NCBI GenBank assembly: GCA_938003915.1
Contig: CALKWV010000076.1
Location: 8,600-72,599 of the forward strand
DNA: 64,000 nt
Source of the DNA: an uncultured Bacillota bacterium
Lineage (GTDB): Bacteria; Bacillota; Clostridia; Caldicoprobacterales; UBA3941
Direction: 5' to 3'
Below are positions 46,058 to 55,139 of this stretch, in pieces. The notes under the pieces are model-generated. The model was given only the letters and a program-made list of their open reading frames with translations. It had not been told where the DNA came from and did no database searches. Within the stretch, counting starts at the first letter, position 1. The number at the start of each line of letters is the position of its first letter. The position numbers were made by a program, and so were the translations under genes.

Positions 46058-47140
46058 CTAATCACCTCTTTTCAATTCAGCCATTATCTCTCTCATAGCA
46101 TCAATAACAGCTTGATTTGCTTTGTGACCTCCTATGGTAACCCGCAAACAATTTTCTAAATAAGGACTTTGTGAAAAATTTCTGACTAATATACCTCTAT
46201 CCAAAAGTTTTTGCCATACATGATTGCCATTGGGCACACGAATAAGAAGAAAATTGGCTTCTGAAGGGTAAACTTTTATCCCTTTCATATCCCTTAAAGC
46301 TTGATATAAAAATTCTCTCTGCTTCAAGATTTCATGAACTCTTTTTTTGACTATATCAAAATTTTCTAAAGTTATTATAGCTGCCTGCTGCGAAAAACTG
46401 TTGATATTGTATGGAGGCTTTACTTTTAAAATCTGTTTGGCTAGTTCCGGTGCACTTATACTATAGCCTATACGTAATCCCGCCAGTCCTAATGCCTTAG
46501 AAAAAGTTTTTAGTACAACAAGATTAGAACATTTATCTATAAGGTTTACCGCTGTCCCTTGGGTAAACTCTCCGTATGCCTCATCTACAACAACAATACC
46601 GTCAAAATCCTTGGCTATTTCTAAAACCTCATTAGCTTTAATAATATTACCCGTAGGATTGTTAGGGCTACATATAAAAACTAGTTTAGGCTTATACTGG
46701 TAGATAGCAGATTTAAAAGCCTCTATGTTATATTTAAAGTCTACATCCAAGGGTATTTCTACTGGTCTTCCACCAGCAATTAAAGTAAATATCTTATACA
46801 TTCCAAATGAAGGTGCTGGAAAGATTACAGAATCCCCTTTGTCTACAAAAGCAGTAGTAAGTATTTGTATAAGCTCATCGGAGCCGGAACCAACTATAAC
46901 CTTATTAGGAGATACATTACAATATTCTCCTATAGCTTCCCTTAAAAGGGTACTATTAGAATCTGGATATCTATTAAAATTAGCTTCATCCATGATTTTC
47001 CTAGCCAATGCTTCTTTTACCCTGTCGGGAATATCCCAGGGAGATTCATTAGCATCCAGCTTGTATTTATATGTTATTTCACTGCCACCCTCTTCATAGG
47101 GTGCTAAATCCATTAAATCACTTCTTAGATAATTTTTCAT
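46058..47140 (-). CDS. hisC: histidinol-phosphate aminotransferase
   Basis: 360 aa class-II aminotransferase. NPTGN, DEAY and TFSKALGLAGLRIGY (PLP lysine) motifs. Positioned between hisD and hisB. Confidence 0.93.
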   Translation of the reverse strand: MKNYLRSDLMDLAPYEEGGSEITYKYKLDANESPWDIPDRVKEALARKIMDEANFNRYPDSNSTLLREAIGEYCNVSPNKVIVGSGSDELIQILTTAFVDKGDSVIFPAPSFGMYKIFTLIAGGRPVEIPLDVDFKYNIEAFKSAIYQYKPKLVFICSPNNPTGNIIKANEVLEIAKDFDGIVVVDEAYGEFTQGTAVNLIDKCSNLVVLKTFSKALGLAGLRIGYSISAPELAKQILKVKPPYNINSFSQQAAIITLENFDIVKKRVHEILKQREFLYQALRDMKGIKVYPSEANFLLIRVPNGNHVWQKLLDRGILVRNFSQSPYLENCLRVTIGGHKANQAVIDAMREIMAELKRGD

Positions 47141-47143
47141 AGC

Positions 47144-48442
47144 CTATTTAAACCTCACTTCCACTGAACGGGCATGAGCTTCTAAACCCTCTGTTCTTGC
47201 AAATTTAGCAACATCTTGATAGATATAATATAAGGCTTCTTTTGAATAATAAAGGAAACTAGATTTTTTTATAAAATCATCTACCGATAACGGTGAAAAA
47301 AATCTGGCACTACCACTGGTAGGCAATATATGATTAGGACCAGCCATATAGTCGCCCAAGGGTTCTGGAGTAAAGCTACCTAAGAAGATGGAACCTGCAT
47401 GCTTAACCTTGCCCAATAGATCAAAGGGATCTTGTACTGCTAACTCCAAATGTTCTGGAGCTATTTCATTAGATAACTCTACCCCCTGCTCTATGTTGCT
47501 TACAATAATTATTGCTCCATAATCCTTTAGTGAACTTTGTACAATGTCATATTTGGGCAATTCAGCTGCCTGCCTTTCTATTTCCTGTTTTGTCATTTCA
47601 GCTAGTTCATAGCTATCTGTAATCAAAATTGAGCTAGCCAATGGATCATGCTCAGCTTGTGACAAAAGATCTGCGGCCACATAAACTGGATTTGCACTAC
47701 TATCTGCAACTATAACTACTTCACTGGGACCTGCTATCATATCTATATCTACATATCCATACACCAGCTTTTTTGCTAGTGTAACGTATATGTTTCCGGG
47801 ACCAGTAATCTTATCAACTTTTGGAATTGGAGATACACCAAAAGCTAAGGCAGCTATGGCTTGGGCACCACCCATTTTGAATATTTTATTTACACCTACT
47901 ATATGAGCTGCAACAAGGGTATAAGGATTTATAGTTCCTTGAGAATTAGGAGGAGTAACCATAATAATTTCAGAAACACCTGCAATTTTAGCAGGAATAG
48001 CATTCATTAGAACTGAAGAGGGATAAGCTGCCATACCTCCTGGAACATAAATACCCACCCTATCCATAGGAAGAATCTTTTGTCCCGTGACTACTTGAGA
48101 TTCATCATCAAAGTCAATCCAACTTTTTTGTTTTTGCTTTATATGATAGTTCCATATTTTGCTCTTGGCTTTTTTTATAATAGCTATAAATTCATCAGAA
48201 ACATCACTATATGCCTTATCTATTTCATCATCACATACCAACAATTCCCCAATATCATCAATAGCAAAATTATCAAATCGCTTAATATAATCAATTAAGG
48301 CAGATTGTCCGTATTTTTTTATGTTGTTTACAATTTCTTTTACAAGCTCATTCTCTTTGTCAAAATCTAAATGAGAAGGCCGATGCAAGGATTCCATAAT
48401 TTCGGATATACTTTTTTCTCTGCCATCAAATAAAGCAATCAT
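47144..48442 (-). CDS. hisD: histidinol dehydrogenase
   Basis: [21 protein letters not shown] and QAEHD motifs. 432 aa. Confidence 0.95.
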   Translation of the reverse strand: MIALFDGREKSISEIMESLHRPSHLDFDKENELVKEIVNNIKKYGQSALIDYIKRFDNFAIDDIGELLVCDDEIDKAYSDVSDEFIAIIKKAKSKIWNYHIKQKQKSWIDFDDESQVVTGQKILPMDRVGIYVPGGMAAYPSSVLMNAIPAKIAGVSEIIMVTPPNSQGTINPYTLVAAHIVGVNKIFKMGGAQAIAALAFGVSPIPKVDKITGPGNIYVTLAKKLVYGYVDIDMIAGPSEVVIVADSSANPVYVAADLLSQAEHDPLASSILITDSYELAEMTKQEIERQAAELPKYDIVQSSLKDYGAIIIVSNIEQGVELSNEIAPEHLELAVQDPFDLLGKVKHAGSIFLGSFTPEPLGDYMAGPNHILPTSGSARFFSPLSVDDFIKKSSFLYYSKEALYYIYQDVAKFARTEGLEAHARSVEVRFK

Positions 48443-48446
48443 TTAT

Positions 48447-49076
48447 TTATTCCTCCAATACTTTTTCTATACAATCTATAAGCTGAGTTATGTCATCTTT
48501 TTTGGTTTTTAGACTTACTCTATTAACAATAAGTCTTGCACTAATATCACATATTTCTTCTAGTACCACCAATCCATTTTCCTTTAGAGTTCTTCCACTT
48601 TCTACTATATCTACAATTACATCCGATAATCCAACTATGGGTCCTAACTCTACTGAACCATTTAGCCTAATGATCTCCACATTTTCTCCTATACTTGTAA
48701 AATACCTTTTTGCAATATTAGGATATTTGGTAGATACTCTCCTGTGTGCTTTATTAATCCATGAATTTTCCTTATGGGGAAATCCCGCCACCACCATTTT
48801 GCATTTGCCAAAACCTAAGTCTAGAATTTCATAAACCTTACTTTGAGCTTCTAATAAACTATCTTTACCTGCAATACCTATATCCGCTGCTCCATATTCA
48901 ACATAAGTGGGTACATCACTAGGTTTGACAATTATAAAGCGTAAAGATTGCTTTGGAAAGCTAAAAACCAATTTTCTTGAAGATAGATCCAAATCCTCCA
49001 ATCCTTCAACAGCTTTGCTTAATAGCTTTAATGTCTGATCCCCTAGGCGACCTTTAGGTAAAGCTATAGTTAACAT
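48447..49076 (-). CDS. hisG: ATP phosphoribosyltransferase, short form
   Basis: 209 aa starting MLTIALPKGRL, with DIVESGRTLKENGL. It lacks the C-terminal regulatory domain and is paired with hisZ. Confidence 0.95.
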   Translation of the reverse strand: MLTIALPKGRLGDQTLKLLSKAVEGLEDLDLSSRKLVFSFPKQSLRFIIVKPSDVPTYVEYGAADIGIAGKDSLLEAQSKVYEILDLGFGKCKMVVAGFPHKENSWINKAHRRVSTKYPNIAKRYFTSIGENVEIIRLNGSVELGPIVGLSDVIVDIVESGRTLKENGLVVLEEICDISARLIVNRVSLKTKKDDITQLIDCIEKVLEE

Positions 49077-50275
49077 AACTCCCCTCCCTCTGGCTCTTTA
49101 CTTGCATCAATAATTTGAGAAATCCCTTTCAGTTTTGCGTATTCTTCAGCAGTATAAGTATTTTGGGAACTATGAAATATCTCTACTCGCTTGCCTTGGC
49201 GCCTTAAGTTTTGAGCTATTTTATATCCCTGTTTTCTATGTGTCTTATCAACCACTACCAGTATATCAATGCTAGGTATAGAAATTAAACTTTGCTGTCT
49301 CTCAAGAGCCATAAGTGTATTTTTTAGGTTAATTGCAAATCCTGTTGCAGGAATATCATAGCCAAACTCTGACAGTAACCTATCATAACGTCCTCCAACG
49401 CATATAGGAAAGCCTAAATTTTTTGTAAAAACTCTAAAAATAATACCAGTATAATAATTAAGGCTGTGAACCATTCCCAAATCCAGAGTTATAAATTCGT
49501 GAAGTCCAAAATCTTTAAGGATATCATATATCTCCATGATATTCTGAATAGCCTTTTGACATCTAGGATATCTATCATAGCGAGATGCTATCTTATGTAT
49601 ATCTATGTTTCCATAAAGTTTTGGCAAATCCAGAAACACTTCTTTTAGCTCTATATTTATAGGAAGTTCTTCAAGAAACTCTTTTAGGGCCAATATATTT
49701 TTGTCTTCGATTAATGCTCTCAATTGGCTGGCAGTTTGGAAATCTAAATCCGCTTCTTCTACCAAGCCCTTAAAAAATTCTACCTGCCCAATATCTATTT
49801 GAAAATCCTCTAAACTTAAATCCAAAAAACACTCTATGGCCGTTGATATTACTTCAGCATCCGCTTCTGGACCTTCAATGCCCATAAGCTCAATACCTGC
49901 CTGTGCAATCTCCCATTGTTTCCCCATATGGGGCTGTTGGTAACGGTAAATATTGGATAAATAAGAGAGCCTTATTGGTAGAGGGTTCTCTTTAAATTTA
50001 GTTGCCACCAAACGGGCTATGGGAGTAGTCATATCAGGTCTCATAACCAAAATCTGATTGCCTGGCCCTACTATTTTCAGCATTTGTTCTTGTTCAATGA
50101 AACCAGTTCCATTAGTAAAAACGTCCAAATATTCAAAAACAGGAGTTTCTATTTCATCATATCCTCTACTATAAAATACTCTACGGACGATATCTTCAAT
50201 CCTTCTTTTGTTGTAACACTCTTCTGGTAAACAATCCTGCAATCCTTCAGGAATTTGTCCCCTATAATTACTCAA
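49070..50275 (-). CDS. hisZ: ATP phosphoribosyltransferase regulatory subunit (HisRS paralogue)
   Basis: 401 aa with a class-II aaRS-like core and no anticodon-binding function expected. It is the first gene of the his operon. TTG start with AAGAGGGA upstream. Confidence 0.9.
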   Translation of the reverse strand: MSNYRGQIPEGLQDCLPEECYNKRRIEDIVRRVFYSRGYDEIETPVFEYLDVFTNGTGFIEQEQMLKIVGPGNQILVMRPDMTTPIARLVATKFKENPLPIRLSYLSNIYRYQQPHMGKQWEIAQAGIELMGIEGPEADAEVISTAIECFLDLSLEDFQIDIGQVEFFKGLVEEADLDFQTASQLRALIEDKNILALKEFLEELPINIELKEVFLDLPKLYGNIDIHKIASRYDRYPRCQKAIQNIMEIYDILKDFGLHEFITLDLGMVHSLNYYTGIIFRVFTKNLGFPICVGGRYDRLLSEFGYDIPATGFAINLKNTLMALERQQSLISIPSIDILVVVDKTHRKQGYKIAQNLRRQGKRVEIFHSSQNTYTAEEYAKLKGISQIIDASKEPEGGELC

Positions 50276-50334
50276 TTACATCCCTCTTTTTAATATTTTA
50301 TCATGATAAAGTAATGTTGTATTAAAGTAACTTT

Positions 50335-50363
50335 ATTATACTCAATTCAATTATGGTAGTCAA
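50335..50363 (-). promoter_or_regulatory. sigma-A promoter of the his operon
   Basis: On the minus strand: TTGACT, 17 nt, TATAAT. This leaves a leader of only about 50 nt. Confidence 0.8.
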
Positions 50364-50487
50364 TATCAAAATTTAAGAAAATTAAAAAGTCTTCCTAACT
50401 AAATTAACAAATGAACTCATATATAAAGAATTTTATTAAAAGCAAATTATAAATCTTGAGCTAATATCACAAATTGTGGTAAAAAAG

Positions 50488-50515
50488 TTGACGAATATAG
50501 CAGATAGATTATAAA
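50488..50515 (+). promoter_or_regulatory. candidate promoter of the hisK-type phosphatase gene
   Basis: TTGACG, 16 nt, TATAAA. Confidence 0.5.
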
Positions 50516-50542
50516 ATAACAGTAAATCTTTTTTAGAGGTGT

Positions 50543-51364
50543 ATGAATTTGCTTGTAGATTACCATATACATACCAATCACTCTATTGATGGGGAAATGA
50601 CTATAGATGAAGCCTGTATTAAGGCTATTAACCTTGGGATAAAGGAAATTGCCTTTACAGACCATATTGATTTAGATTGGCCAGATCCAGAATTTGATTT
50701 TGACACCATTGATTTAGAAAAATATTTTACAGATATAGAAAAAAACAAAACAAAGTATAAGGGACAGCTTAAAATAAAGGCTGGTATAGAAATTGGTTTA
50801 CAACCTCATGTGTTAAATGAAACAGCCAAAATAATAGAAGACTATCCCTTTGATTTTGTAATAGGCTCAGTACACATAATTCAAAGAATGGATCCCTACC
50901 GAGGAAAATATTATATTGGTAAGACTAAGGAAGAGATTTATAGACTCTATTATGAGGAAACCCTTAGATTAATAGAAGATTTTTCCCATTTTGACGTACT
51001 AGGTCATATTGGCTACATAAAAAGATATTCTCCCCTGCCTTATAATAAGGAAGATGAACTATTGCACTTAGATCTCATTGATGAAATTTTTAAAGTATTA
51101 ATAAAAAAAGGTAAAGGAATTGAAGTAAATACATCTGGCTATCGACATGTTTCAAATTGCCCCATGCCTCCTTTAGAATTAATTATGAGATATAGGGAGC
51201 TAGGGGGAAATATAATAACTTTAGGTTCAGATTCCCATAAGCTAGATGATTTCGGTTTTGGTCTAAAATCTGGGCTAGAAACTATAATGCGGGCAGGTTT
51301 TGATCAAATTACTACTTTTACTAATAGAAAACCTTATTTTCATCGCATTAGAAAAAAGGAATAG
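50543..51364 (+). CDS. hisK: histidinol-phosphatase, HisJ/HisK PHP family
   Basis: VDYHIHTNHSIDG, FTDH, GSVH, LGHIGY and GSDSH are PHP metal ligands in the HisJ arrangement. It is divergent from the his operon. Confidence 0.82.
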   Translation: MNLLVDYHIHTNHSIDGEMTIDEACIKAINLGIKEIAFTDHIDLDWPDPEFDFDTIDLEKYFTDIEKNKTKYKGQLKIKAGIEIGLQPHVLNETAKIIEDYPFDFVIGSVHIIQRMDPYRGKYYIGKTKEEIYRLYYEETLRLIEDFSHFDVLGHIGYIKRYSPLPYNKEDELLHLDLIDEIFKVLIKKGKGIEVNTSGYRHVSNCPMPPLELIMRYRELGGNIITLGSDSHKLDDFGFGLKSGLETIMRAGFDQITTFTNRKPYFHRIRKKE

Positions 51365-51393
51365 GCTTAATTTATAATTGCCTATTCCTTTAT
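51357..51393 (+). terminator. hairpin terminator overlapping the hisK stop
   Basis: AGGAATAGGC-13 nt-GCCTATTCCT followed by TTAT. The U-tract is weak. Confidence 0.55.
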
Positions 51394-51488
51394 ATAAATA
51401 TATTTATGAACATCAAGATTATGTTCATATGCAAAACCCCTATAACAAAGCGTTGAAAAAATTCCTTTATGTATCTTTCCTATGCTAC

Positions 51489-52850
51489 TTATGATGGTGT
51501 AACATGAACCTGGTAGCTTTGATTAAGTTTTTTGCTATACGTTATATTATCTATGGAAATATATATTTTTTCAGATTCTCGCCAAACTTCTAAAGGTAGT
51601 ATGCAATATATCTTCACATTACCATTATCATCATAAGGCATAGAGGGATACAAATAGCTTCCTGTTTCAATGATCTCACCAAAGTGATTTTGAACTGTTA
51701 TAACATTAGGTACGTTTATACTTCCTCTATTTACAGTTGATAATAAGCTTTTCTCATTACTACTAAAAAGATATTCCATCGTTAATATTGTATCATTATC
51801 CCTATTATCAGCATTGTCCCATATCAGCTCTATTTCAACATGATTATCTTTGAAATGCAAAGTTTCTAAAATAATATCTGTATTTATTACTCGGGCTAAT
51901 GGCATTTTTATAGTGTGAATACCTTTCTTTTTATTAGTAATACCAGTATCAATGGTACACTGAATAGAATCTTTTCCTATCAAGCTTAAAGATTCTATTT
52001 TTATATCAAATGAATCTGGCAATTCGTTAAAGGGTTGAATTTCTATGTGGTACTTAGACTCATCTTGATCTATCAAAACAGGGCTTTTATCAATTATGAA
52101 TTTTTCGTCTTTATCCGTAACGATTTGAGCCTGTATTTTGTATATGGTTTCAGGATTTGATCCTTTATATGTAAAATATATCTTACTATAAGAAACTCCG
52201 GCTTCCAATGCATATAGTTCTATATTATATTCTTCTACTTCAATAGTGCTATCAAGCTTAAACTTTTTTATAGGCTCCTCAGTATAAATAGCCTTTGGAT
52301 CTATATTAATAGCATCAAAATCATATTTTGTGTCCTCAATAAATAGTATGGGTTTAAAAAATAATTGAATATCATTTTCTTCCTCATTTATTGGATGAAC
52401 AGATGTTATTCTTAAAAAGCTATAAAAGTTGTTATTATAAAAGAACCCTTTTTCTGTTGAGGTGCCAACTGAATCCCTAGGGTGAATTTCTCTAGCCCGG
52501 GTATTATCATCAATAATAAAATATCCCCCTAAGTAAGCAACCTGATCAATATTTTCAACATGATAGAAGATAAAAGCATCTCTACTGTTATACCATATCC
52601 TATCTATCTTCAATCTATAATGGGTGTCTGGAATATTAAAAGTTTTATGTATTGGCTTTACCATATCCAATTGTTCTGCCCTAATAAGACCAGGAATGGA
52701 ATCATAATAATATTGTCTTATAGCATTAGAATTGGGATCAATATCAACACTGGTATCTTTTTTTCTATTCTTATATACAAAAGAAAATAGAACAATGAGC
52801 ACAACAACTATCAAAATCATGATTTGATAAACAAGATATTTTTTTCTCAA
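51489..52850 (-). CDS. single-pass membrane protein with large beta-rich extracytoplasmic domain, unknown function
   Basis: TTG 52850 has GGAGG 8 nt upstream. The N-terminus (M)RKKYLVYQIMILIVVVLIVLFSFVY is a signal anchor; the rest is hydrophilic and beta-strand-like. The ORF track starts at 52931. Confidence 0.5.
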   Translation of the reverse strand: MRKKYLVYQIMILIVVVLIVLFSFVYKNRKKDTSVDIDPNSNAIRQYYYDSIPGLIRAEQLDMVKPIHKTFNIPDTHYRLKIDRIWYNSRDAFIFYHVENIDQVAYLGGYFIIDDNTRAREIHPRDSVGTSTEKGFFYNNNFYSFLRITSVHPINEEENDIQLFFKPILFIEDTKYDFDAINIDPKAIYTEEPIKKFKLDSTIEVEEYNIELYALEAGVSYSKIYFTYKGSNPETIYKIQAQIVTDKDEKFIIDKSPVLIDQDESKYHIEIQPFNELPDSFDIKIESLSLIGKDSIQCTIDTGITNKKKGIHTIKMPLARVINTDIILETLHFKDNHVEIELIWDNADNRDNDTILTMEYLFSSNEKSLLSTVNRGSINVPNVITVQNHFGEIIETGSYLYPSMPYDDNGNVKIYCILPLEVWRESEKIYISIDNITYSKKLNQSYQVHVTPS

Positions 52851-52928
52851 GGGTTCTGCCTCCTTTATAATAAAGGACTTAGATATATCTATGATAGCAC
52901 ACTTCATAGTCAAATTCAGCCAAAATTC

Positions 52929-52974
52929 CAAAAAAATCTCCTTTAAATGATAAAATTAAATCATTTAAAGGAGA
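52929..52974 (-). terminator. strong rho-independent terminator ending the cphB-cphA-DUF2156-GNAT operon
   Basis: On the minus strand: TCTCCTTTAAATGAT-8 nt-ATCATTTAAAGGAGA (15-bp perfect stem) followed by TTTTTTT. Confidence 0.92.
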
Positions 52975-52992
52975 TTTTAATATTACTTAGAA

Positions 52993-54162
52993 TCAATAAT
53001 CCTCGTATATGTATGGAATAGTATCATAAAAAATATTTTCTAACGCTTTAATCTTATCTTTATTATTTATTTGGATCTTTTTGTACCTTATAGCTTGTTC
53101 TACCGTATAATATCCCCATAAAAGCTGAGACAGAACCGATATCTGAATTACAAAATCAGGTGATTTATTAGTAGGGGAGACTAATAACCTATTTTCATTG
53201 CCCTTTAGATTTATGCTTATATTGTTCCATTCAAGTAAAGGATCAATAACTTGTATCACTAGTTCATCATCATCTCTAATAGGAAGATTTTTAAGAGCTT
53301 TTTCTACATCAACTATTCTTCCCATTACAAAGGGCTTTTCCTGTTTTATGACACCCAATTCTATTATTTGAGGCAGGGGTGAAAGACCCAATTTATGTTG
53401 CAGAAATACTTTTTTATTTTCTAATGAAAAGTTTAGAGCAATTTTTAACATTTCTTTATATGTATCTATGTCTTTACAACATATTTCCCTTATACTAAGT
53501 CCATCTTGGTCATTCACTAAAAACATATATCCCATAGTTTGATTATCTTTTTTGAATATATATCCATCCCCACCATCTATTCGAGCATCTGATAAAATCC
53601 TATTCCAATCCTGCTTGTTTCTAATAACATATCCATTTAAATCCTTGGTATAATAAGAGTAGCACTTATTTAAATCCTCCAAATCTTCAGGTAAACTTAT
53701 AGGTCTTATGTCGCCATGGATATGAGTACCCTCTAGATAGTTAAAAAAATTATTTATATGGCCTGTATATAAATTATAGGAATAACAGGTCTCCCAGCCA
53801 TATTTTCTATAGAAGTTATAGTTAAAGGGCAACAATATGCTAACCCACTGTTTTCTTTCCCTCATTTCTTCAAGGCTTTTATATAATAACTTGGACACAT
53901 AGCCTTTACCCCGATCCTCTGGCCAGGTGGAGACACCTACAATATATGAAGTCTCCATATTTTTACCACGTATTGAGATATTATAGGGAAGAAGCTGTAA
54001 GGCAGAGCATATTCGACCATAATTACATACTACTAAAGTATTCTCATGTTGATATCTAGTATCAAAAAACCAATGAACAAAATTTGGAGAATCATCAAAA
54101 CAATATTCCCATAGTTTTATAACAGCTTTTTTTTCATTGGGCTTAGCTGTTCTTATATTCAT
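52993..54162 (-). CDS. Eis-like GNAT N-acetyltransferase (GNAT + SCP2-like C-terminal domain)
   Basis: About 390 aa. MNIRTAKPNEKKAVIKLWEYCF, then VGVSTWPEDRGKGYVSKLL (acetyl-CoA P-loop-like) and FYRKYGWE; the length and layout match Eis-family enzymes. Start is ATG 54162 or GTG 54171, which overlaps the upstream stop. Confidence 0.7.
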   Translation of the reverse strand: MNIRTAKPNEKKAVIKLWEYCFDDSPNFVHWFFDTRYQHENTLVVCNYGRICSALQLLPYNISIRGKNMETSYIVGVSTWPEDRGKGYVSKLLYKSLEEMRERKQWVSILLPFNYNFYRKYGWETCYSYNLYTGHINNFFNYLEGTHIHGDIRPISLPEDLEDLNKCYSYYTKDLNGYVIRNKQDWNRILSDARIDGGDGYIFKKDNQTMGYMFLVNDQDGLSIREICCKDIDTYKEMLKIALNFSLENKKVFLQHKLGLSPLPQIIELGVIKQEKPFVMGRIVDVEKALKNLPIRDDDELVIQVIDPLLEWNNISINLKGNENRLLVSPTNKSPDFVIQISVLSQLLWGYYTVEQAIRYKKIQINNKDKIKALENIFYDTIPYIYEDY

Positions 54163-54167
54163 GATTC

Positions 54168-55070
54168 TCACCTATTCAAATATCCCGTGTATTTGACTAT
54201 CATTTTATGAGGATAATAGGATTCTTTAGCCTTTCTAAGCCCAGGTAAGCCCATATCTTCTTCTCGATTTATATATGTATATTCACTCCAGCAATGCTCA
54301 GCAAATTGCTGATTAATCATGGCATAGCTACCATGGTAATCAGTATTGGCCTTTTCAATATGAATTACAGCCATGTCAGGATTTAACTCTTCACCTAAAG
54401 AAAAAGCCTGAATTTTACCATGAATTCTTAAAGCACCGCCTTTAATACCCAGGGTTTCCATATTTCTTAAGGCTTCAACTATAGCTACCCTTTCTTCCAT
54501 AATTCCTGGATCATCAGGGCGCGCAGCTGCCCATTCCATGGCTGCAATTAAGCATTCTTCCACATTATCATCAGTTATAGTCTCATAATTCCATTCATAT
54601 CGCTTTTTGAATTTATTGATATGATTGCGTTTTTTCTGATACTTTCTTCCCTTTAAATTAATTAGATCTTCAGATAAATATACATAGTCGTACATGTCTC
54701 TATCATCTTCATATCTGAATACTCCAGGCAAGGCCTTATCCATAATTTCTTTAATAGGCTCTGTAATAGCCTTGATTATTACTGGAAAGCCATTTTTCTG
54801 AAAATATTCCACCATCATCATTAGGGCCCTATCAAATCCTTCCTCTTGACTTCCAAGAGGTGGGAAGATTATTGGGAATTTATTTCTATATTGTCCAATC
54901 AAACATAAGTGATCTTCATATACTGTAAAAGTTAATTTATAATGATATCTCCATATAAAAAAATTAGTAAAATTAAATTCTGAGTTTTCATGGGGCTTTT
55001 TTCTAATGTATTCGTCAAAAATTGGTTTATCTTCTATTTCAATGTTTTTAAAATCTTTTTCTTGAAACAA
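54168..55070 (-). CDS. DUF2156 protein (MprF C-terminal / aminoacyl-tRNA-dependent transferase-like fold)
   Basis: 300 aa, soluble. SEFNFTNFFIWRYHYKL, KGRKYQKKRNHINKF and a tandem GNAT-like layout are typical of PF09924-type proteins as I recognise them. AAAGGAGG RBS. Confidence 0.65.
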   Translation of the reverse strand: MFQEKDFKNIEIEDKPIFDEYIRKKPHENSEFNFTNFFIWRYHYKLTFTVYEDHLCLIGQYRNKFPIIFPPLGSQEEGFDRALMMMVEYFQKNGFPVIIKAITEPIKEIMDKALPGVFRYEDDRDMYDYVYLSEDLINLKGRKYQKKRNHINKFKKRYEWNYETITDDNVEECLIAAMEWAAARPDDPGIMEERVAIVEALRNMETLGIKGGALRIHGKIQAFSLGEELNPDMAVIHIEKANTDYHGSYAMINQQFAEHCWSEYTYINREEDMGLPGLRKAKESYYPHKMIVKYTGYLNR

Positions 55071-55139
55071 TGTTACCCAATACCTCCTTTACCTCATAAA
55101 TATATAACACTAAAACATAAGCTTGAAACACATCTGCTT

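Noticed and set aside
50276-50334. Searched for a T-box riboswitch or His-leader-peptide attenuator in front of hisZ.
   Set aside because: The leader downstream of the consensus promoter is only about 50 nt. It has no T-box motif, no terminator/antiterminator pair and no His-rich mini-ORF.
51399-51424. The hairpin TATGAACAT-caagat-TATGTTCATA contains GAAC...GTTC and looked like a LexA box.
   Set aside because: The spacing between GAAC and GTTC is 11 nt rather than 4. Its position between convergent genes fits a simple intergenic hairpin.
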